DNA of 64,000 nucleotides from contig CM097883.1 in NCBI GenBank assembly GCA_044892505.1, positions 283,030,001 to 283,094,000 on the forward strand. The letters are read 5' to 3'. The notes beneath the pieces are model-generated. The model was given only the letters and a program-made list of their open reading frames with translations. It did not search any database and had not been told where the DNA came from. The translations under genes were made by a program, and so were the position numbers. The DNA comes from Schmidtea nova (lineage: Eukaryota). Below are positions 59,995 to 64,000 of the stretch, one piece after another (the stretch's first letter is position 1; each line of letters opens with the position of its first letter).

Positions 59995-62900
59995 TAAACA
60001 TTTATTAATTATAATAAGTTTGACAATTTGTGTACATGGGACTTTACTCTACTTGGAGTAAGCCATTGATTAGATTACAAAAACAAAGGAGACAGATTTT
60101 CAAAATAAATGATATACACAACATAGTTTGAGAAAAAGTTTGTCTCAAAAGTCTTGCATCTTTTCAGTTGTCCTTGGCACTGATGTGACATTGTCTTCGG
60201 ATTTTCCGGCTTTGCAATGACTGATCATTTTTTATTTTAATTTATTAGACATCTTTTTAAACTTAAATAATCTTGTATTTAAGACCATTTTTCCCGCAGG
60301 TTCTTCAATCAGTTGTGCAGCAATGTTTCTTTGTCTAAATTAGGCTTTTACAAAGTGTAAAAGTCAATTATATTTATGTTTCTCTTTTACGAGAAAGTAC
60401 TTTATACAAAAAAAATATTTACATTACCTACAAGTATATACATAGAAAAAAAAGGACACTTATATCTATGGTAATGCCTGCAGTTTCAACTTTTGATATA
60501 GTTTTTCTTGAAATAATTTTATTAATTAATCATATTTATGATATTCATTGAGTTTCCCTGTAATGTGATAATACCATATCTTAGCTGAATTTGTTATATT
60601 GCTTATCGCACATTGCCGCAATAAATCCTTTATAGATGAGCTACTAATTCCAATTTTCAAGAGCAAATCTGTAGTTTTTGGTGAAATTGATCCTAAAGAT
60701 CCGATAATGCATGTATCGAGTTCGACGGAAAAGTCCGGTTTGACAACCTGTATTTCATTTTGAAGATTTTTGTATTTATTAAGATTTAATTTATGGACTT
60801 GTTTAAAATTGACAACAGTGTCGATGGGACATTTGATATCAACCATAAAAATCTTTTTTTTTTCATTGTTGGTGATCAGTAAGTCAACTCTTTCATTGGA
60901 TGCTGGAACGTACGAACAAGCGTGGTCAACAACCACAATAATATTAGGATTTTTTAAGTTTTCTACAATCAATTTCAGACAGTCATTGTGTCGCTTTGAA
61001 ACTAAAGATAAGTTAACTGTACAAGATTGTAATGCATGCGTCATGGATTCGTCTTCAATGTGACATCTACGACAAAGTCTTTGAGCTCCTTGTTTGTAAG
61101 GTTTAGCGTTGAATGACAAGGAATTTGTGCGTGCACGATGAATAAAATTCCAAGCAAACTCAGATAAATCTCCTCGAAAAATAGCTTTGTTTATTATTGG
61201 GGATAGCTGAATCATATTTACTAAAAAGTTTGATGTGTTACTTTTTTGCCATTTGATTAGATATGCATCATTTAGAGCTAAATGAATTATTTTTGACGTA
61301 GATTTACGAAAGGCCGAACTCAAAATATAAGTGCCACGCATTTTTGTTGTTATATGAAGTGATATTTCATTATCGAGAAATTGAAATGATATTTTAATAT
61401 CATGAGTCTTTTCAAAAAATTTGATTGCTGTTCTTGCTCTTTGAAATCTTGTTTTCTTTCCTGAACTTGTATATTTGCATTCAAGACCATTGATCCAATT
61501 GAAACTTTCTTGAATTGAAGGATGTTTGAGTCTTAGTCGTGGACTAGTGACATAGTTCATTGAGTCGATGTTTATTTTCCTGGCATATTCACATTTAGAT
61601 GTAAAAAGACGAAAGAAATGTGTAATACTCTGTGTGTGATACTCATCAAGAAGATCAACACAAGCCGCGCCACCATTTTCAGTGGAATTGTAAAAGTAGG
61701 CATTCTCTGAATTATTAGGCAGATGCATCATTTTTCTTAAATGATTTCGTAATCTTCCAGTATTGTTAATGGAATGATCTTTATTCTTAAACGTATTTGA
61801 AAGGACAGTTGTTTTGATTTCCCTAGTTCGAAATGGGAAGATCAAGCGAGAATGAATAAACACTTTATAGGCTTTGAGCTTTTGCCACCCAAGAAGATCA
61901 GAATCAGCTATCTTCTTGGTATCCGAAATTACTTTCTCCAAAATTCCATATGGATTTTGGTCATTTTCCTCTCCTACTGGTACTCCTAGGTATTGATAAA
62001 ATTCATTTGAAAGTAATTTTCGAATTTTCGTGCCATTGATCGACATTTCACTGTCAATATGAACCTGGGGCAGTTGAAGATATCCGCATTTGTCAGGGCG
62101 ATATTCAAAGCCAATTTTTGTTGCAATGTCGACAGCAATATTTGTAATTTTTTGCAGGTCTTCAACAGATTTTGCAACGAGCGCAATGTCGTCGGCGTAT
62201 GCGAGTACTTGAACTGGCGATTTGCCAATCTTGAAAGGTGCAACATTAGATTTACTGATTGCTTCAAGAACCGGATTGATAGCCAAGGAAAACAATATCA
62301 TCGAAATAGGACATCCTTGTTTAACCCCTTGTTTGATTGGTATATTCGATGTTACAATTGGGCCACAACTATAGAAAGAACTTGTGTCCGTGTACAGCAT
62401 TTCTAAGATCAAAATGAACTCATTGCTTACTCCAATGAATCGAAGTAAAGTCCAGATGTATTGATGAGGGACGCTTCCAAAAGCATCTTTAATATCCAGC
62501 CAAGCAATTGCAAGTGGACGGGTTAAGCTATATTTTGAGTGCTCAAGTGCAGCTGAAAGAATGGAGTTATGTTCCACACATCCATCGTGACTTGAGCCTC
62601 CTTTTTGTCCCATGTGCAACAGATTATTGGAATATATCCAAGCAGTTAGACGACTAGCTAATACTGATGCAAAAACTTTGTATATGACTGATAACAAGGC
62701 AATTGGGCGCCAAGATGAAACACTGTCATATTTCCCATCTTTGTCAGGCTTCGGTATCAGCAAGGCTTTGAAGGACTTCCAGCTTGTTGGTATAATTTTA
62801 TCGGCAATGATTTTATTGTATAAATATGTAAGTAGTTTCGCCTCTGGGTCAAAAACAATGATATCACTGTATCGAAGGCCATCAAGGCCAGGAGAAGTGT

Positions 62901-64000
62901 TGCTAGCTCTTTTTAGTTCAAATAATACTTCCTTCGGTGTAAATACATTAAGATACAATGTGTTGAGAGAAACGTTGCAGAATTTAAGAATGTCATTACA
63001 GAATTCTAGTTTAGGCTGATGATGAGTAAAGAACTTAGTAATGTCCTGGATAGTTGGTCGGACATTTTCGTCAAAGTTGTTTAAAATTTTATTTATTGTT
63101 TCTTTCATCTCTGTTAGAAATAGCATTGTGAGTTTAGCCTTGTTTATTTTTACATTTGTTTTTGGTTTATTGCCTAAATACGGCTTATGTTCTGATTTTT
63201 CACGTTTAGGGATTTCTCTAATAAATACGTCAATGATTTCATCTATATTCAATTTAGAGATGGTTGTTAAGATTTCATTTATTTTATTTTTACGCTGTGT
63301 CAAATTAGGATTAGCAGATTTGATTAATTTAATTTTGTTTGTTGCTTTAAGTTTGTTGACCTCACTGAGAACAGGTAAGATTGACCTTATGGTATTCCCA
63401 ATATCTCTCAAGTTTATTTTTTCTAGTGGTCTGTCATGTGCATAGTTTTTGATGAAAGCACAAACAAGTATGTTACTAATAAGACCTGAACCACGAACAT
63501 CATGTGGACAGTTGCCAGTTACCACAGCACGATCTAAAGAGCCTCGAATTTCATTAATCTTATTTAAAAGAGTTTTACAAACAGATGAGTAGTTATCATC
63601 AATTAATAATGTTGTTGGATTAAGATAATAATGCTCATCTGTGTTGTAGTCAATGACGAATAAAATTTCACGGGATTTAACGGGGGCCACAATAGTAAAT
63701 ATGACTTGTGCCTTGGCAAGGTAATCAAAGTTTAGGAAATCACTCAAATATTGCGTGCAACCCTCAATGATAGCATTGCACATTGTGACGTTTAATAACA
63801 TAAAGCTTTCTGATAAGTTTAAGTTTGTGTAGAAGTCTGTTATTGTTTTATCAGAGATTTTACAATTTATTAAGTTTAAGTCCTGACAAATCTCATTTGT
63901 TTGTTTGAGTTTAATAGATTTTAATGAGTTTAATACATCTTCATTCAAGATAATTTTACCAAAGATTAATTTTTCAAGCAAGGCTATAAAAACTGAAGCA
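59995..64000 (-). mobile_element. Lineage-C non-LTR retrotransposon, apparently intact 3' part (continues beyond window)
   Basis: ~530-bp 3' UTR then uninterrupted ORF2; 3' junction in tRNA-Met. Confidence 0.96.
60526..64000 (-). CDS. Lineage-C ORF2 (partial at 5' end): Ulp1-like domain 3, RT, CCHC knuckle, RLE, uninterrupted
   Basis: >=1151 aa open; YADD, CRRCHIEDESMTHALQSC, ERVDL..DIKCP all intact. Confidence 0.95.
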   Translation of the reverse strand, partial: ASVFIALLEKLIFGKIILNEDVLNSLKSIKLKQTNEICQDLNLINCKISDKTITDFYTNLNLSESFMLLNVTMCNAIIEGCTQYLSDFLNFDYLAKAQVIFTIVAPVKSREILFVIDYNTDEHYYLNPTTLLIDDNYSSVCKTLLNKINEIRGSLDRAVVTGNCPHDVRGSGLISNILVCAFIKNYAHDRPLEKINLRDIGNTIRSILPVLSEVNKLKATNKIKLIKSANPNLTQRKNKINEILTTISKLNIDEIIDVFIREIPKREKSEHKPYLGNKPKTNVKINKAKLTMLFLTEMKETINKILNNFDENVRPTIQDITKFFTHHQPKLEFCNDILKFCNVSLNTLYLNVFTPKEVLFELKRASNTSPGLDGLRYSDIIVFDPEAKLLTYLYNKIIADKIIPTSWKSFKALLIPKPDKDGKYDSVSSWRPIALLSVIYKVFASVLASRLTAWIYSNNLLHMGQKGGSSHDGCVEHNSILSAALEHSKYSLTRPLAIAWLDIKDAFGSVPHQYIWTLLRFIGVSNEFILILEMLYTDTSSFYSCGPIVTSNIPIKQGVKQGCPISMILFSLAINPVLEAISKSNVAPFKIGKSPVQVLAYADDIALVAKSVEDLQKITNIAVDIATKIGFEYRPDKCGYLQLPQVHIDSEMSINGTKIRKLLSNEFYQYLGVPVGEENDQNPYGILEKVISDTKKIADSDLLGWQKLKAYKVFIHSRLIFPFRTREIKTTVLSNTFKNKDHSINNTGRLRNHLRKMMHLPNNSENAYFYNSTENGGAACVDLLDEYHTQSITHFFRLFTSKCEYARKINIDSMNYVTSPRLRLKHPSIQESFNWINGLECKYTSSGKKTRFQRARTAIKFFEKTHDIKISFQFLDNEISLHITTKMRGTYILSSAFRKSTSKIIHLALNDAYLIKWQKSNTSNFLVNMIQLSPIINKAIFRGDLSEFAWNFIHRARTNSLSFNAKPYKQGAQRLCRRCHIEDESMTHALQSCTVNLSLVSKRHNDCLKLIVENLKNPNIIVVVDHACSYVPASNERVDLLITNNEKKKIFMVDIKCPIDTVVNFKQVHKLNLNKYKNLQNEIQVVKPDFSVELDTCIIGSLGSISPKTTDLLLKIGISSSSIKDLLRQCAISNITNSAKIWYYHITGKLNEYHKYD

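Noticed and set aside
62059-63445. + strand ORFs of 115-135 aa opposite the lineage-C RT
   Set aside because: Antisense shadows of a long AT-rich ORF; only loosely mirrored in A and B.

Overview
AT-rich, intron-style eukaryotic (invertebrate-like) DNA at the edge of a tandem array of elongator tRNA-Met(CAT) genes (243-bp unit, minus strand; 20 full-length copies plus 6 junction-truncated ones). The array is invaded by site-specific non-LTR retrotransposons of the RLE-endonuclease, Ulp1-protease-bearing type (NeSL/R5/Utopia group). Three divergent lineages (A: four near-identical ~7.4-kb copies; B: one decayed copy; C: one broken copy plus one apparently intact copy running off the right edge) insert in the tRNA's sense orientation at different positions of the gene (3' junctions at tRNA nt 16/17, about 19/20 and 2/3). 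A fourth lineage (D) survives only as a remnant. The strongest unexplained signal: in A, B and C a ~770-aa ORF1 and the pol-like ORF2 are in the same frame, separated by a single AAA-TGA stop followed 6 nt later by a conserved 59-nt stem-loop, which looks like a programmed UGA-readthrough signal giving a ~2,300-aa polyprotein. ORF2 carries three tandem Ulp1-like domains (only the first keeps the His/Asp/Cys triad) with an LxGG-type motif after the first. All lineage-A copies share a nonsense codon before the zinc knuckle/endonuclease and appear to have multiplied by unequal exchange in the array. The first ~12 kb is a DNA-transposon graveyard (hAT MITE with 8-bp TSD, hAT and MULE remnants, a 29-bp minisatellite). 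No ordinary host protein gene could be supported.
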